A stretch of DNA of 64,000 nucleotides from an uncultured Alphaproteobacteria bacterium (GTDB taxonomy: Bacteria; Pseudomonadota; Alphaproteobacteria; RF32; CAG-239). Below the pieces are notes generated by a model. That model searched no databases and was not told the origin of the DNA. It saw only the letters and a program-made list of their open reading frames with translations. Below, piece after piece: positions 46,324 to 57,700 of this stretch. How positions within the stretch are numbered: position 1 is the first letter of the stretch; each line of letters opens with the position of its first letter. The position numbers and the translations under genes were made by a program. The DNA is taken from the NCBI GenBank assembly GCA_934277545.1, contig CAKQUG010000008.1:6862-70861 (forward strand). The letters run 5' to 3'.

Positions 46324-47859
46324 TTATAAGTGCTGATTATTTATCTGTTTTTTACCGTTTGTGCGCTGTTTGGATTTTTGCGGCTGTAACATATCAGCTA
46401 ATCCGTTTACAGCAATATACGCCATTTGCGGACGATAAATAACTTCGTAATTTACTTCATATAAATTTTTACGCAAAACCTCCAGCCCCAGCCACGGCTC
46501 TTTTAAGCTATGCCCATTCAAAACCAAACGAGACGCCTCATTCATCAGCGGTTTAATTGCTTTTTCGGCATAGCTGCGGCGAGCTTTAGCGCTGACTTCG
46601 TCTGACGCTTCGGCCACAAATTCTTCAACACTTGCACTGCCCAAATAACCTTTAATTGAACGATACATACCGGCCAAATCTCGCACGGATATATGTTTTT
46701 GCGAACGTTCTTCCATAGGCGCAGCCGGCTCTCCGGCAAAATCTATAAAACGCAGGTCATTGTCTTTTGTAACCATTACCTGCCCCAAGTGGAAATCGCC
46801 GTGAACACGCACTAATTTATCATTGCTGTTTGCCACACCCGCTATTTGTTTTTTAACATATTCTCCGGTCAACTTATCCCAATTTTGCAAAAGATGCGAC
46901 GCCTTGTCTTTTGTCGGCTGCGGTAAATTTTCTAAATTATCACGAATTACATTGCGTGTTTTTGTCAACAAAAATTCCAAATGCTTTTGATAATGATGGA
47001 CTATTTTTTCGTTGACTGTTTCCGGTGTAAACGCAGGATTTTCATCTGCTCGAGACAAACATTCGGACATTTCTGCCGTTTTATCGCCAAGAATTTTCAT
47101 CAAACGCATAAAATGCGGATTTTCTTCCGGCATTAAATCTTTTTGCATTAAATAGCCAGCTGTCAGACGTTTTTTCAAATATGACAGAGCATAATTCCAT
47201 AAATCTCCCTGATTTTTGACATATTCTTGAACAATACCGGCAGATGATTTTGTATCATTCTGCAGATTACTTAACACAAAATAGCCGTATGTTTTCGGCA
47301 TAACCGAGCTGTTTTCCCTCATCAGCTTTTCATTCATTTCAAATTCGGGATTTTCTTTTTTGGAAAACTGCAGCATACGTTCCAATTTAAATGCAATTTC
47401 ATCATCGCCCACCGACAAAGTAGTATTACTTTGCTGTACGCCCAAAGGACGGGATTGTGCTTTACCATGCTCTTCCATGAAATTTTCGTCAACCAAATTC
47501 TTATAGGTCAGCTGCCAGCCGTTCGGAAAAGTTATAACATTATTGTTTTGGCGCAAAAATTCATTCATTTTCTGCCAATAGTCAGAACACTGCAAAGCGT
47601 CAACATATTTTTGACCGTCAATTTCAATAGTATCTGTTTCATTTTTTTCGGCTTTTGCCAGCGGCATCATAAAATAACGCACCGGCTCTTCAGAATGCAA
47701 AGACAAATTTACTTTACCAATGGTCAGCATTTTATTACCCTTATCAAACGGCAATGACATATAGCTGATATTTTCTACATTATCCAACCTGATTTCTTCT
47801 TTAAAATTACACCAACGTTGACGGAATAAATAATCCGCTGTATTTTTATCTATTGACAT
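46324..47859 (-). CDS. Maltokinase-like (Mak/Pep2 family, maltose 1-phosphate-forming) kinase
   Basis: N-terminal QQSNTTLSVGD (the EQSNTS motif of Mak) and catalytic ..RVHGDFHLGQVMV..IDFAGEP....ER...S.RDLAGMYRS.. matching maltokinase signatures. Confidence 0.6.
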   Translation of the reverse strand: MSIDKNTADYLFRQRWCNFKEEIRLDNVENISYMSLPFDKGNKMLTIGKVNLSLHSEEPVRYFMMPLAKAEKNETDTIEIDGQKYVDALQCSDYWQKMNEFLRQNNNVITFPNGWQLTYKNLVDENFMEEHGKAQSRPLGVQQSNTTLSVGDDEIAFKLERMLQFSKKENPEFEMNEKLMRENSSVMPKTYGYFVLSNLQNDTKSSAGIVQEYVKNQGDLWNYALSYLKKRLTAGYLMQKDLMPEENPHFMRLMKILGDKTAEMSECLSRADENPAFTPETVNEKIVHHYQKHLEFLLTKTRNVIRDNLENLPQPTKDKASHLLQNWDKLTGEYVKKQIAGVANSNDKLVRVHGDFHLGQVMVTKDNDLRFIDFAGEPAAPMEERSQKHISVRDLAGMYRSIKGYLGSASVEEFVAEASDEVSAKARRSYAEKAIKPLMNEASRLVLNGHSLKEPWLGLEVLRKNLYEVNYEVIYRPQMAYIAVNGLADMLQPQKSKQRTNGKKQINNQHL

Positions 47860-47967
47860 ACAGTATTCTCCTTGCTTTTTGATTTTTTGTCAATATATCA
47901 TAAAAAATAGGTATTGTAAAGTAAGTTTTTTACTGCTAGGATAAGCATAATTTTGAAGGAGAAAACA

Positions 47968-50112
47968 ATGCAAAATTTGCAAACTTTAGCAGAAAAAGCC
48001 GGAATATCATCATCTTATATTGACAAAACCGGACAAATTCATTACACATCAGATGAAGTCAGAAAATTTTTTTTGAAAAACATGGGGTATAAAGCCGATA
48101 ATCAAGAAGAAATTGCAAAGTCTTTGCAAATTTTAGAAAAACAGTTGCCCGTTCCAGAAGTTTTGTCTTTTTACGAAAATGAAACACCAGAATTCCATTT
48201 AAACGGTACCGAATGTTATTTTCTTAAACTGTTTAACGAAAAAAAACAATGTGTGTGGCAAACCAAAGCCGACGGAGGACAAAAAATTATAATCCCCGAT
48301 TTAAAAATCGGCTACTATACGCTATTGACAAAAAACGAAAACTTTGAACAGGAAAGCCTTTTAATTTACGCCCCTCAAAAATGCTGGCAGCCGCAGTTTT
48401 TACAAAATCACGAACATATTTTCGGCACCGCCGTAATGCTTTACGCCCTGCACTCTCAAAACAGCATGGGTATCGGTGATTTTTCTGATTTAGCCGAAAT
48501 CGTGCGCTTAACCGCGCAAAACGGCGGCGACATTGTCGGTGTAAATCCTTTGGGCGTCATGAGTCCGTTCACGCAAAATGAAGAGCGTTTTGCTTCCGGC
48601 AAACAAAGCGACGTTTCGCCCTACCGCACGTTGAGCCGTCTGTTTGTCAACTATATTTATTTGGATTTGCGTGCAGAAGAAGACTATAAAAATTCGCCGT
48701 TGGTTCAAGCCTTTGTTTCTCTGCCTGAAATCGCAGCCGAAATTAAACGCTTAAATGAAAGCCCCAAAGTTGAATATGCTGCAGTTCTGCTGTTAAAAAA
48801 ACAAATTTTGGAAATGATGTTTGCTTATTTTCAAAATAACGCCACGGCCGAACGTCGGCATGAATTTGACACTTACCGGCACGAAAAAGGCATTGAGCTG
48901 GAAAATCTTGCCGTTTTTGAAACTTTATTGGAAAAACTTGAGCCTGTTGACTATTGGCGCTTTTGGAATCAAGCCTATTCCTCTCCGCAAGCCGTTGAAA
49001 CCACTGATTTTAAAGAACAAAATTCAGATAAAATAGAGTTTTATCAATATTGCCATTGGCTGGCTGACCGACAAGTTAAAAAAGTTCAGCAACTGGCGGT
49101 ATCCTTAAACATGAAAATAGGCTTATACACCGATATGCCTATCGGCGCCGCTTCTAATGGTGTCGAAGTTTGGGAAAATCAAAGAGCTTATGTGCTTGAC
49201 GCCGGTATCGGAGCTCCTGCCGACCCGATGCGTCCTCGCGGACAAAGCTGGGGCTTTACGCCGTATCATCCGCAGCAGTTGCTTAAACAGCACTACGCGC
49301 CATTTATTAAGCTGGTACAGGAAAATATGCAATATTCCGGAGCTTTACGCATTGACCACGCCATGGGGCTGCGCCGACTGTTCTGGGGATTTTTCAGCGC
49401 TGATAATCCGGTGGTGCAAGGTGCTTATATTTATTATAACATCAAAGACTTGGTTGCGATTTTAACCTTGGAAAGCACTCGCCGCCGCTGCCTGGTTATC
49501 GGCGAAGACCTCGGCACCGTGCCGGAAGGTTTCAGAGAATATATGGCGGAACACGGCTTGCTGTCTTATAAAGTTTTCTGCCGCCAAAAAGAAAAAGACG
49601 GCAGCTTTATTACCCCCGAAAAATATATGTATTTATCGCTGGCTCAGCCTTCTACCCACGACCAAGCCACAGCTTGCGGATTTTGGCAAAACGAAGATAT
49701 TGAAGTGTTTAACCGCTGCGGTTTATACGTTAACCAAGAACAATATAAAGACAATTTGGTCGGACGTTTTAAAGACCGTAAAAACATGGTTGCGGCCTTT
49801 GAACAACAGCATCTTTTAAGCCCTGCCGAACAGCAGGAAATGACACAAACAGTTGACAGCGGACAAACTGCCCCCGGCGGAATTGAATTGAAAATAAACG
49901 AATATTGTGCCCGCACCAACAGTGCTTTGTTTTTAGTCCGCCTTAATGACATATACCGTCAAAAAGTTTTGGACAATGCTCCGGGAACTGTGCAGGAATA
50001 CCCGAATTGGCGCATAAAAATGAGCCTTTCGGTTGAAGACATCGCCGATTCGACGGAATTTAAAAATATGCTGAATTTAATCAAAGAAAATCGTCCGCAG
50101 CAAGGAGAATAA
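47968..50112 (+). CDS. malQ: 4-alpha-glucanotransferase (amylomaltase, GH77)
   Basis: GH77 motifs ..GALRIDHAMGLRRLFW.. and ..DVSPYRTLSRLF..; 715 aa from the ATG at 47968 (RBS AAGGAG). The track ORF starts at an upstream TTG. Confidence 0.85.
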   Translation: MQNLQTLAEKAGISSSYIDKTGQIHYTSDEVRKFFLKNMGYKADNQEEIAKSLQILEKQLPVPEVLSFYENETPEFHLNGTECYFLKLFNEKKQCVWQTKADGGQKIIIPDLKIGYYTLLTKNENFEQESLLIYAPQKCWQPQFLQNHEHIFGTAVMLYALHSQNSMGIGDFSDLAEIVRLTAQNGGDIVGVNPLGVMSPFTQNEERFASGKQSDVSPYRTLSRLFVNYIYLDLRAEEDYKNSPLVQAFVSLPEIAAEIKRLNESPKVEYAAVLLLKKQILEMMFAYFQNNATAERRHEFDTYRHEKGIELENLAVFETLLEKLEPVDYWRFWNQAYSSPQAVETTDFKEQNSDKIEFYQYCHWLADRQVKKVQQLAVSLNMKIGLYTDMPIGAASNGVEVWENQRAYVLDAGIGAPADPMRPRGQSWGFTPYHPQQLLKQHYAPFIKLVQENMQYSGALRIDHAMGLRRLFWGFFSADNPVVQGAYIYYNIKDLVAILTLESTRRRCLVIGEDLGTVPEGFREYMAEHGLLSYKVFCRQKEKDGSFITPEKYMYLSLAQPSTHDQATACGFWQNEDIEVFNRCGLYVNQEQYKDNLVGRFKDRKNMVAAFEQQHLLSPAEQQEMTQTVDSGQTAPGGIELKINEYCARTNSALFLVRLNDIYRQKVLDNAPGTVQEYPNWRIKMSLSVEDIADSTEFKNMLNLIKENRPQQGE

Positions 50113-50115
50113 AAA

Positions 50116-50460
50116 ATGGAAAAGCCTGAAACCGAATTAGAAGTGTTTTCACCGCTGTCCCTAATGGAATATGTACGGTTGATGACGGCGGCGCATTACA
50201 TCAATCAAGGTACGAACTCCGGCGTCGCGCGTTTTAAGATTTCGGCAGAAAATTATGCAAAAATGAACGCTGAACCGTTAAAAGCACCTTTAATCGGCTT
50301 AACGTTTAATTATAATGACGCTGAACAAACTTTGGAAGTTTGCGCCGATGAAGCGTTTTTACACCTTTATGAAAATAAAATAATGAATGAAGTGGCGCGT
50401 GTTTTTGCCGTTAATTACAAAAATCGCTATGCTTCAGTAATTATGGCCGAAAATGTTTGA
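50116..50460 (+). CDS. Hypothetical protein (114 aa), translationally coupled to the next gene
   Basis: Starts 4 nt after the malQ stop. Its stop overlaps the next ATG (ATGTTTGA). Confidence 0.45.
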   Translation: MEKPETELEVFSPLSLMEYVRLMTAAHYINQGTNSGVARFKISAENYAKMNAEPLKAPLIGLTFNYNDAEQTLEVCADEAFLHLYENKIMNEVARVFAVNYKNRYASVIMAENV

Positions 50461-50803
50461 AGAAGTTTTTGCAAAACTGGAAAAGTCAGCCTTTCGTCGT
50501 AAGTTTAAGCTGACAGACACTGATAAACAATATATAGAAACCAAAGGTTATGATGTTATTCGCCGTCATGCTGAAGATTTTGTGAAAAAACGCTTATCGC
50601 CTCCGGTTTCTCAGCTTAAAAACGACGGCAAACAGACTCCCATGCGCGGACACCCTGTTTTTACGGCTCAGCACGCCTGCGCTTGTTGCTGCCGGCAATG
50701 CCTTTATAAATGGCATCGCATTTATCCTGACCATTGGCTGACCGAAGCAGAACAAAAATATATTGTCAGCCTGCTGATGAGCTGGATTGAAAAAAACAGC
50801 TGA
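50453..50803 (+). CDS. DUF4186-family protein
   Basis: ..GHPVFTAQHACACCCRQCLYKWH.. Cys cluster typical of DUF4186; about 116 aa. Confidence 0.5.
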   Translation: MFEEVFAKLEKSAFRRKFKLTDTDKQYIETKGYDVIRRHAEDFVKKRLSPPVSQLKNDGKQTPMRGHPVFTAQHACACCCRQCLYKWHRIYPDHWLTEAEQKYIVSLLMSWIEKNS

Positions 50804-50836
50804 ATTACTGCAGACGGCATTGTTTTATTCTTAATT

Positions 50837-51310
50837 TTAAACCTGCGAACGCTGGCGAAATGAATAATATTTATGCAGTATAAAAGTTGTGATGGTTGAA
50901 AAAGTTAAATATAATGCTTGCGCCACCAGCGGAGACAAGCCGACAACCACCATCAAAAAACTCAAAATCGGCGAGTTTATCAAATATAAAAACAAATACA
51001 CCGACCAGGCCTTGACAAACTCTTTTTTCCAATCGCCATGGCTTTGAAAAACATAGTAGCGCATAGTTAAAAAAGAAACATTGATAGTAATAACATATTG
51101 TACGAACAACGCCGCATTAGCCACCCAAACCTGAGCAAATTCCAACCCCGCCGAGGTGTTGATATTTTCAAACAGCCACAGAATTAAGGCTAAAATCGTA
51201 TAAGCAAAAACAGTATTAAAACCGCCGACAAGCAAAAAACGCAGCTTTTGCGGCAGCTTAAACCAAATATTTTCTGCCCATAGATAAAGTTTGATAAAAG
51301 GCTTAATCAT
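50837..51310 (-). CDS. GtrA-family membrane protein (polyprenyl-phosphate-sugar handling)
   Basis: Four TM helices with a conserved ..RFLLVGGFNTVFAY.. N-terminal motif. Confidence 0.7.
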   Translation of the reverse strand: MIKPFIKLYLWAENIWFKLPQKLRFLLVGGFNTVFAYTILALILWLFENINTSAGLEFAQVWVANAALFVQYVITINVSFLTMRYYVFQSHGDWKKEFVKAWSVYLFLYLINSPILSFLMVVVGLSPLVAQALYLTFSTITTFILHKYYSFRQRSQV

Positions 51311-52166
51311 TTATCCCCTCCGCCACATTTTTATCTAAAAGTGTTTCTAATTCCACCGTGCGATATGGCGATAAAATATTTTCGTCCCACACGTCCTCGG
51401 GATATTGCCTGTCAATTTCAGGCATACCCGGGTGAATCATAATTTCCACCGCTTTATATCCGGACGGTATTTTTACATTATTAAACTGCTCTTTAGCTAT
51501 TTTGCAAGTATACATAAGCGTATAAAAATACACATCGTTTTTATAGCCGTTCCACCAACATAAAAAACGCAACAATACATATTTTATCAGAGCTCCGTCA
51601 AACAACCAGCTTTTATTTTTGTTATATTTCAAGGTGTTGAAAATATTTTCATTCATCACTCGAATACGCGGCACGGCAAACTCTTTCTGTAATTCACGCA
51701 TTGCTTTGAAAATTTGCGGAATTAAATGCACATGCCGATGGCTATCGATATGCTGCAAAGACAAACCGGTTGCCAGATATTTGACAATTTGCGCACGCAT
51801 TTCAATTTCCGCCTGCTGACGCAGCTGCCGCGGTTTCAAAAACGAAAGCAGCAGCAAATTAACAAATCCGTTTTTCAATTTGCCCTGCCCGTCCACCAGC
51901 AGCGGAATTTGCTGCACCGGCGCCGCCGGATATTCATTGGTCAGGTTAACATGCAGGCCGATTTCCAAATCCGGCATTTCTTTAGCCGATTTCACGGCTT
52001 CAGCGGCGTATTTTTGATTTATCATCAAACTGGCGCTGTTCAAAATTCCCTCGCGATGAGCTTTAACGATTGCCGCGTTCACACCTTTGCTGATACCAAA
52101 ATCATCGGCGTTAAATATCTTTTTTATCGTCATGTTTATCTTCTTTCGCCACATAATCAGCCACAT
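51303..52166 (-). CDS. YdjC/ChbG-family carbohydrate deacetylase (NaxD/LgmC-like)
   Basis: ..FNADDFGISKGVNAAIVKAHREGILNSASLM.. and ..LHVNLT.. metal-site motifs of the YdjC superfamily. A start at internal Met12 (MTIKK, better RBS) is possible. Confidence 0.7.
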   Translation of the reverse strand: MWLIMWRKKINMTIKKIFNADDFGISKGVNAAIVKAHREGILNSASLMINQKYAAEAVKSAKEMPDLEIGLHVNLTNEYPAAPVQQIPLLVDGQGKLKNGFVNLLLLSFLKPRQLRQQAEIEMRAQIVKYLATGLSLQHIDSHRHVHLIPQIFKAMRELQKEFAVPRIRVMNENIFNTLKYNKNKSWLFDGALIKYVLLRFLCWWNGYKNDVYFYTLMYTCKIAKEQFNNVKIPSGYKAVEIMIHPGMPEIDRQYPEDVWDENILSPYRTVELETLLDKNVAEGIND

Positions 52167-53079
52167 AAAGCGGACGTTTTTTCACTTCCATGTGAATTTT
52201 ACCTATATATTCGCCGATAATTCCCAAGCAAATCAGCTGCACTGAGCCCAAAAAAATCACCGTAATCATAATGGTGGCATAACCCGGGGTCGGATTATGC
52301 ATAAAGAAATGTTCAACAAACACATAAACTCCCAGCAAAAAAGCCGTAGTTGCCGCCAGCAATCCCAAATATATGGCAAAACGTAGCGGCAACACCGAAA
52401 ACTGAACAATGCTGTTAACCGCCAAATGCAGCGACTTAAAAAAGTTATATTTAGATTCGCCGCTGAAACGTTCCGGCGCCACAAAATCAATAATCGCCAC
52501 ATGGTCGTGCGGCATAATCCAGCTTAAAAGCCCTCTGAACAAGCGGTCTTGTTCGTTAAATCCTTTCAAAAAATCCACATACTTACGATCCAGCAGCCGA
52601 AAATCCGGCGCGCTTTCCATAATTTTAGTATCCGACAGCTTGTTTAAAATAAAATAGAAAGTCTTGGCGCAAAACTTATACAGCTTGGAAGTTGCTTTGT
52701 TGTCCACCCTCTTGGTCAGCACGATTTCCTTGCCCTTCTGCCATAACTCAATCATTTTCGGAATATAAACCGGCGGATGCTGCAAATCTGAATCCATAAA
52801 GATAACTGCGTCGCCTTTGGCATAGTCCATACCGGCTGTCATAGCGATTTCATGTCCAAAATTGCGTTTGAGTTGCACAACTTTAACCCGACTGTCTTTT
52901 TCTTGTAATTTTAAACAATTGGAATAGGTTTTATCCGAACTGCCGTCATCCACATACAAAAACTCAAAATCCACATTTTTAACCTTTTCCAGCTTTTTAA
53001 GCAGTTGGTTATAAAGCTCTCTCACATTATCCTGCTCATTATAAGCTGAAATAACTATGCTAACCAGTTTATTCGGCAT
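52111..53079 (-). CDS. GT2-family polyprenyl-phosphate glycosyltransferase (ArnC/LgmA/DPM1-like)
   Basis: ..VSIVISAYNEQDNV.., DxD-type ..YVDDGSSD.. and ..DSDLQHPP.. motifs, plus two C-terminal TM helices. Confidence 0.8.
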   Translation of the reverse strand: MPNKLVSIVISAYNEQDNVRELYNQLLKKLEKVKNVDFEFLYVDDGSSDKTYSNCLKLQEKDSRVKVVQLKRNFGHEIAMTAGMDYAKGDAVIFMDSDLQHPPVYIPKMIELWQKGKEIVLTKRVDNKATSKLYKFCAKTFYFILNKLSDTKIMESAPDFRLLDRKYVDFLKGFNEQDRLFRGLLSWIMPHDHVAIIDFVAPERFSGESKYNFFKSLHLAVNSIVQFSVLPLRFAIYLGLLAATTAFLLGVYVFVEHFFMHNPTPGYATIMITVIFLGSVQLICLGIIGEYIGKIHMEVKKRPLYVADYVAKEDKHDDKKDI

Positions 53080-54535
53080 TTTTCGCCTCCTTTACATTAT
53101 AAAATCCCACAAACAAATCACGAATTTTCATTCTGCCGCTAAGCGACGTATATGCGGCTTTTATATTTTGCGGAGTTGTGAGTTTGTCTCCGAATTTTTC
53201 TTTATATTTCATATAATCGCGGTAATTTGAAGACACTACCAACGCCCCTTTTTCTTCAAAATCTGCAGTGTCAAACCAAGGATTATTGTCGGGACTGAGC
53301 CAAATCATCGGTTTTACCTCATGTCCGGCATAAAGCGCAAACATATCGGCAAACCACACATCGGCTCCGACATATTCCAATTTTTGCCCGCCGGTGTATT
53401 CCGTCCATTTCTGCTCCAGCATATTAACCATGGTAGGACAATCCGTGCGAAAACGCTCGCTGGTAGTGATTAGACACTGCACGCCGTAAGCAATGGCAAA
53501 CAGCAAGCTCCACCCGGCCATAACCGCCGAATAGCGCAAAGTTTTGCTCTCATTGACTTTTATAGGCCAAAAATATACCAGCATAATTCCGATTAAAAAT
53601 TGGCACGGAAATCCCCACATACTTTTTAACGGAGTACCTGCCACCATACTTATTGTCATAAAAACCATCATAGGTAAAAAACCGCAAATCAGTAAAAAAC
53701 GTCCGTTTTCATCATTACACGCCGGTTTATTTTCCTTTTCTGAAAATTTATAAAATACCGCATAGCAAAGCAAAGCTGCGCCCGCAAACAAAATCTGCGC
53801 GCCGGCGAATTTCAGCGGATACAGCAAATGCCGCCATTCACTGTCCATAATTTTAGTTGAAGTGTTGCGCATTAAAATATAGTTAAGCATTTCAAAATTA
53901 TGCTCGGCCAGCCACCAAATATGCGGCGTCAGTACTGCAACCACACACAGCACCGCTGCATACGCCTTATAGTTTATAAACTGCTTCCAACCTTTGACGC
54001 CGGTCAGTAAAAAAACACCTATAGCTCCCAAAAGCAAAACGCCTGTATATTTATTCAGCAGGTTAATTCCTCCGAACAGCCCGAACAGCAACCAATCTTT
54101 CAGCCGGTTTTGCCGATATGCCTGCAAAAAGTAATAAGTACACATCGGCCATAGCGCCAATGATATGACGTTTACGTTAAATTCAACGCTGGAAAAATCA
54201 TAGTAAATAATCCCAAACTGCAGCATTGCCGCCAAAACGGCTTTATATTCATCCATAAACAAGCGCGCCAATTTATAAATATAGACAATTCCCAGCGCCG
54301 TAAAAATTTGGCTTAGCAAATACATAGCACCGTCAAATCTGCCGAACATCAAATAAAAGTAATATGCGATAATCCCCGAAAACGGCGGATGCTTGGTGGT
54401 TCCGAGCAAGCTGTATTTTCCCCACACAATAGCCTCCTGCGTGTCCATCGGCAGGCTTAGACGCAGCAGCGGCACCACACTCCACAACACCAAATTACAT
54501 AACAAGAACAGTCCGAATTTCTTTTTTAGCGACAT
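53069..54535 (-). CDS. GT-C-fold glycosyltransferase (ArnT/PMT, GT83/GT39-like) integral membrane protein
   Basis: About 12 TM helices with a conserved N-terminal periplasmic-loop region. First gene of the four-gene minus-strand cluster. Confidence 0.7.
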   Translation of the reverse strand: MSLKKKFGLFLLCNLVLWSVVPLLRLSLPMDTQEAIVWGKYSLLGTTKHPPFSGIIAYYFYLMFGRFDGAMYLLSQIFTALGIVYIYKLARLFMDEYKAVLAAMLQFGIIYYDFSSVEFNVNVISLALWPMCTYYFLQAYRQNRLKDWLLFGLFGGINLLNKYTGVLLLGAIGVFLLTGVKGWKQFINYKAYAAVLCVVAVLTPHIWWLAEHNFEMLNYILMRNTSTKIMDSEWRHLLYPLKFAGAQILFAGAALLCYAVFYKFSEKENKPACNDENGRFLLICGFLPMMVFMTISMVAGTPLKSMWGFPCQFLIGIMLVYFWPIKVNESKTLRYSAVMAGWSLLFAIAYGVQCLITTSERFRTDCPTMVNMLEQKWTEYTGGQKLEYVGADVWFADMFALYAGHEVKPMIWLSPDNNPWFDTADFEEKGALVVSSNYRDYMKYKEKFGDKLTTPQNIKAAYTSLSGRMKIRDLFVGFYNVKEAKNAE

Positions 54536-54728
54536 TTTTTCACCCGATTAACTTATCTTAAACACTCTGTTTATATCATAGCCTGCAAAAAAGTATAGTT
54601 AAAAAATGAATTAACTAACTGTTTGCCTAAAAAAGTGTACAAAAATATTTTTTGTCATTTTTTTATTGCAAAATGTAAAAATTTAGGCTATACTAAACAA
54701 AAATGAGTTATATTTGTGGAGAATAAAA

Positions 54729-57700
54729 ATGGTTGACACTGCTGATAACAAAGAATTGTATGACGATATTGCTGCAATTCAAGCCAAAGAAAAGGCAAAC
54801 AATCCGGTTTCGGATGAAGAAAAAGCCGCTTTATTGGCCAGACTTAATGAAATGGCAAACAGTTCGGTAGATTTTGACCCCGACCGTTTGGAAAGTATAG
54901 AGGCCTTTGCCGCAAGTTTCGGCAACAATTCCAACGCCGAGGCAATCTTAAAGAGAATCGCCGAACAAAAAGCCAAAGCCGAAGCAAATTCCGCTCAACA
55001 GCAGAACACACCAACCAATCAACCGAACGAACCGACGGCGGAAGAAAAGAAACTTGATATAGCCAACGAGCCGTCTTACAGCGTTTATAAAGAATATGAA
55101 GCCTTGAAAGGCAAAGAAAACCTGACCGACGACGAAAAAGCCCGTATGACACAAATTGAGCAGTTTTCTTCACAAATGCTTGATAATGTCGACACAAAAA
55201 ACATTGAACCTGACGCGGCCGTTGCTTTGTCTGACTATTTAGGCGTGGCAAGTCTTGCCAACCCGGAAGCGGCTCAGGAAAAATATCAGGAACTGCAAAG
55301 CGTTTTAGGCTCAAAATTACAGGAATATGACCAAGCTAACGGTTTGGAAAACGCCGCCGGCAAAACACCGGAAGAGATGAAAGCAAATGAAGATGCTTGG
55401 AATCAGGTTGCGACACAAATCGACGTCAAACCTGTACTGAAAGAATTAAACCCTATTCTAAGCGAATTGCCTAAAGAAGAACAACTTGAAATTCTGAGCA
55501 CTCTGCAAAGAACCGTAATTTTCGATTTAAAGGACAATGCTCCGGACGCCAACGGCGTTCAAACCATGCAAACCGCTTTAGAAAACAATGTGGCGGAATT
55601 CAATAATCTCGTCAAAGCAGAATATCTGAAACAAACTGCCAAAGCTCAATTTTGCGAACAAAATAAAATTGAACCGAAAAAATTTGAAGAATTGTTGATG
55701 AAAAGCGCCAAAGGCGAAACCTTAAGCGAAGAAGAAAAAGGCACCTTAACAAAATATAACGAACACACCGCTAAGGTTATGAGCGACAATCTGCAATTTA
55801 ACGGTCCGTACAAAAACAAAGAATTTTTGAAAAATGCCATTGAACTAACCCGGGCTCAAATGATAAGCCGTTCAACAACCAAAGAGTGTCGCCGCTCTCG
55901 TTTGATGAACGCGCAAAACATTTCTTCCCGCGTTGCCAAAATGAATAAGGATTTTGCCCTAAATTATCCGAAAACTTATAAAGTCGTAAACATTGTCAAA
56001 AATATGGGTGTAAATGCTTTGCGCACTGCTGCTATCGGCGCCGCATTGGGACCTGTCGGACTAACAGCCTACTCTGCATTTAAAACCATGAAAACCATCC
56101 GCAAAGCCTATAAAGAACATCAGGCTGAAAACGGCGGAAACTTCAAAGACTTTGTAAAATCTTTAGCCAAACCGGAAAACCGCTCAAAAGCCTTAACGTT
56201 GGCCGGTCAGGTTGCCGCCACGGCAATTTCCGGATATTTTTCACTTGGCGGAGGCATGGACGGCATTGTCGATAATTTAGGACTTGCCGGAAAAGCAATT
56301 CACAGTGCAACCGGCGCCGGCACGGAACATATTGCAAACGCTGCGGCGCAAGCCACACAACACATAGATTCGGTAGGCGGAGCATTAAAAGCCGGTGCTG
56401 CTAAAATTTTCAACTCACCGCGGCGTCTTGTATCCATGTCAACTTCTTTAGGTATCGGTATTGTAAAAGGCTTGTCGGAAAAATACAACTTAAACAAAGC
56501 CCATAAAAATATGACCAAAATTTTGGAAGCCAACGGAGTTGCGGCAGATAAAAAACTGCTTAAAGCCTTTGAAAAAGCACAAGCTCCTGAAGAATTTCAA
56601 GCCTTGTTAAAAGAGGTTGTTCCGAATATCAGTCAGGAACAAGCGCAAGAATTGCTGAATAATGCCGACTTGGCACGTAAATCTAACCCGAAATCGGTTG
56701 CCGCCGCCACCATCGCGGGCGCTACCTTGGGATTGGTTGCTTCAGCTGCTGCCGAAACCTATTCTTCTCACGTCGCTGAAGCAAACGCAGCCGCGGGAAA
56801 TGCCGACACCGGTAACACAGCACTTGATGCAGAAATGAAAAGCACCTTAGCTCACCAAGAAACTATAGATGGCTGGAATAAAGGCTCTGACCATCGTTTT
56901 GAATCTTTCGGCATAGACGCCGAAGGAGCCAATAAAATGCTGCGAGAAATGGGGATTATTAAAGAAGGCGACCATACTTTCTATAAGCAAAGCGGCTTAA
57001 CCAAATTAGTCAGCGGTGCAAACCTGACTGATGAACAGCGCAACCAAATTCAAGGCTGGGCTAATGACCGAGAATCACGCGTTGCCAACATGCTGAAATG
57101 TATTCGTGAACATCATCACGGCGGACACAGAAGCTCCGAAAGTGCTGGTCATACAGGAATAGAGGTAAAAAGTGTTGATCCTAAATCACTTGGTAATTTA
57201 AATAACAATGAAGAAGTATTAAAAGTTAATCCGAATGAAAAAATCATTCAACCAACCACAGATAATAACTATCATGTTGAAGGCGTTATCAATAAAAACA
57301 GCAGCATCAACGGCGATGTCCAAGCCAACGACCCGTTAAGCGCGGCTTCGGCTGTAGCTCATGCCAACGGAGCAAACGGCGCCCGACGTTCCGAATTTAC
57401 CGTAACTGACGGCAGAGGCAATCAAACCGAAATCAACTCAAAAGTAGGCTCTCGTTCAACCGTTGTTAAAGCCACATATCACAAAGGCGATGCAGAAAAC
57501 GGAGATGTCATCGGCAAACAAAAAATTAAATCTTACACCTCCGGCAAATCTGAAGGCAGCACCAAAATTGTGGAACGCCGTGATATTGACGGCGACGGCA
57601 AAAAAGATAAGATTGAAACCGTTATCAGTAAGGACGGCAGCAGAGTTACATACGCTAAACTGTCCCGCAACGGAGACCGCATTTTAGCAACCGATGACGG

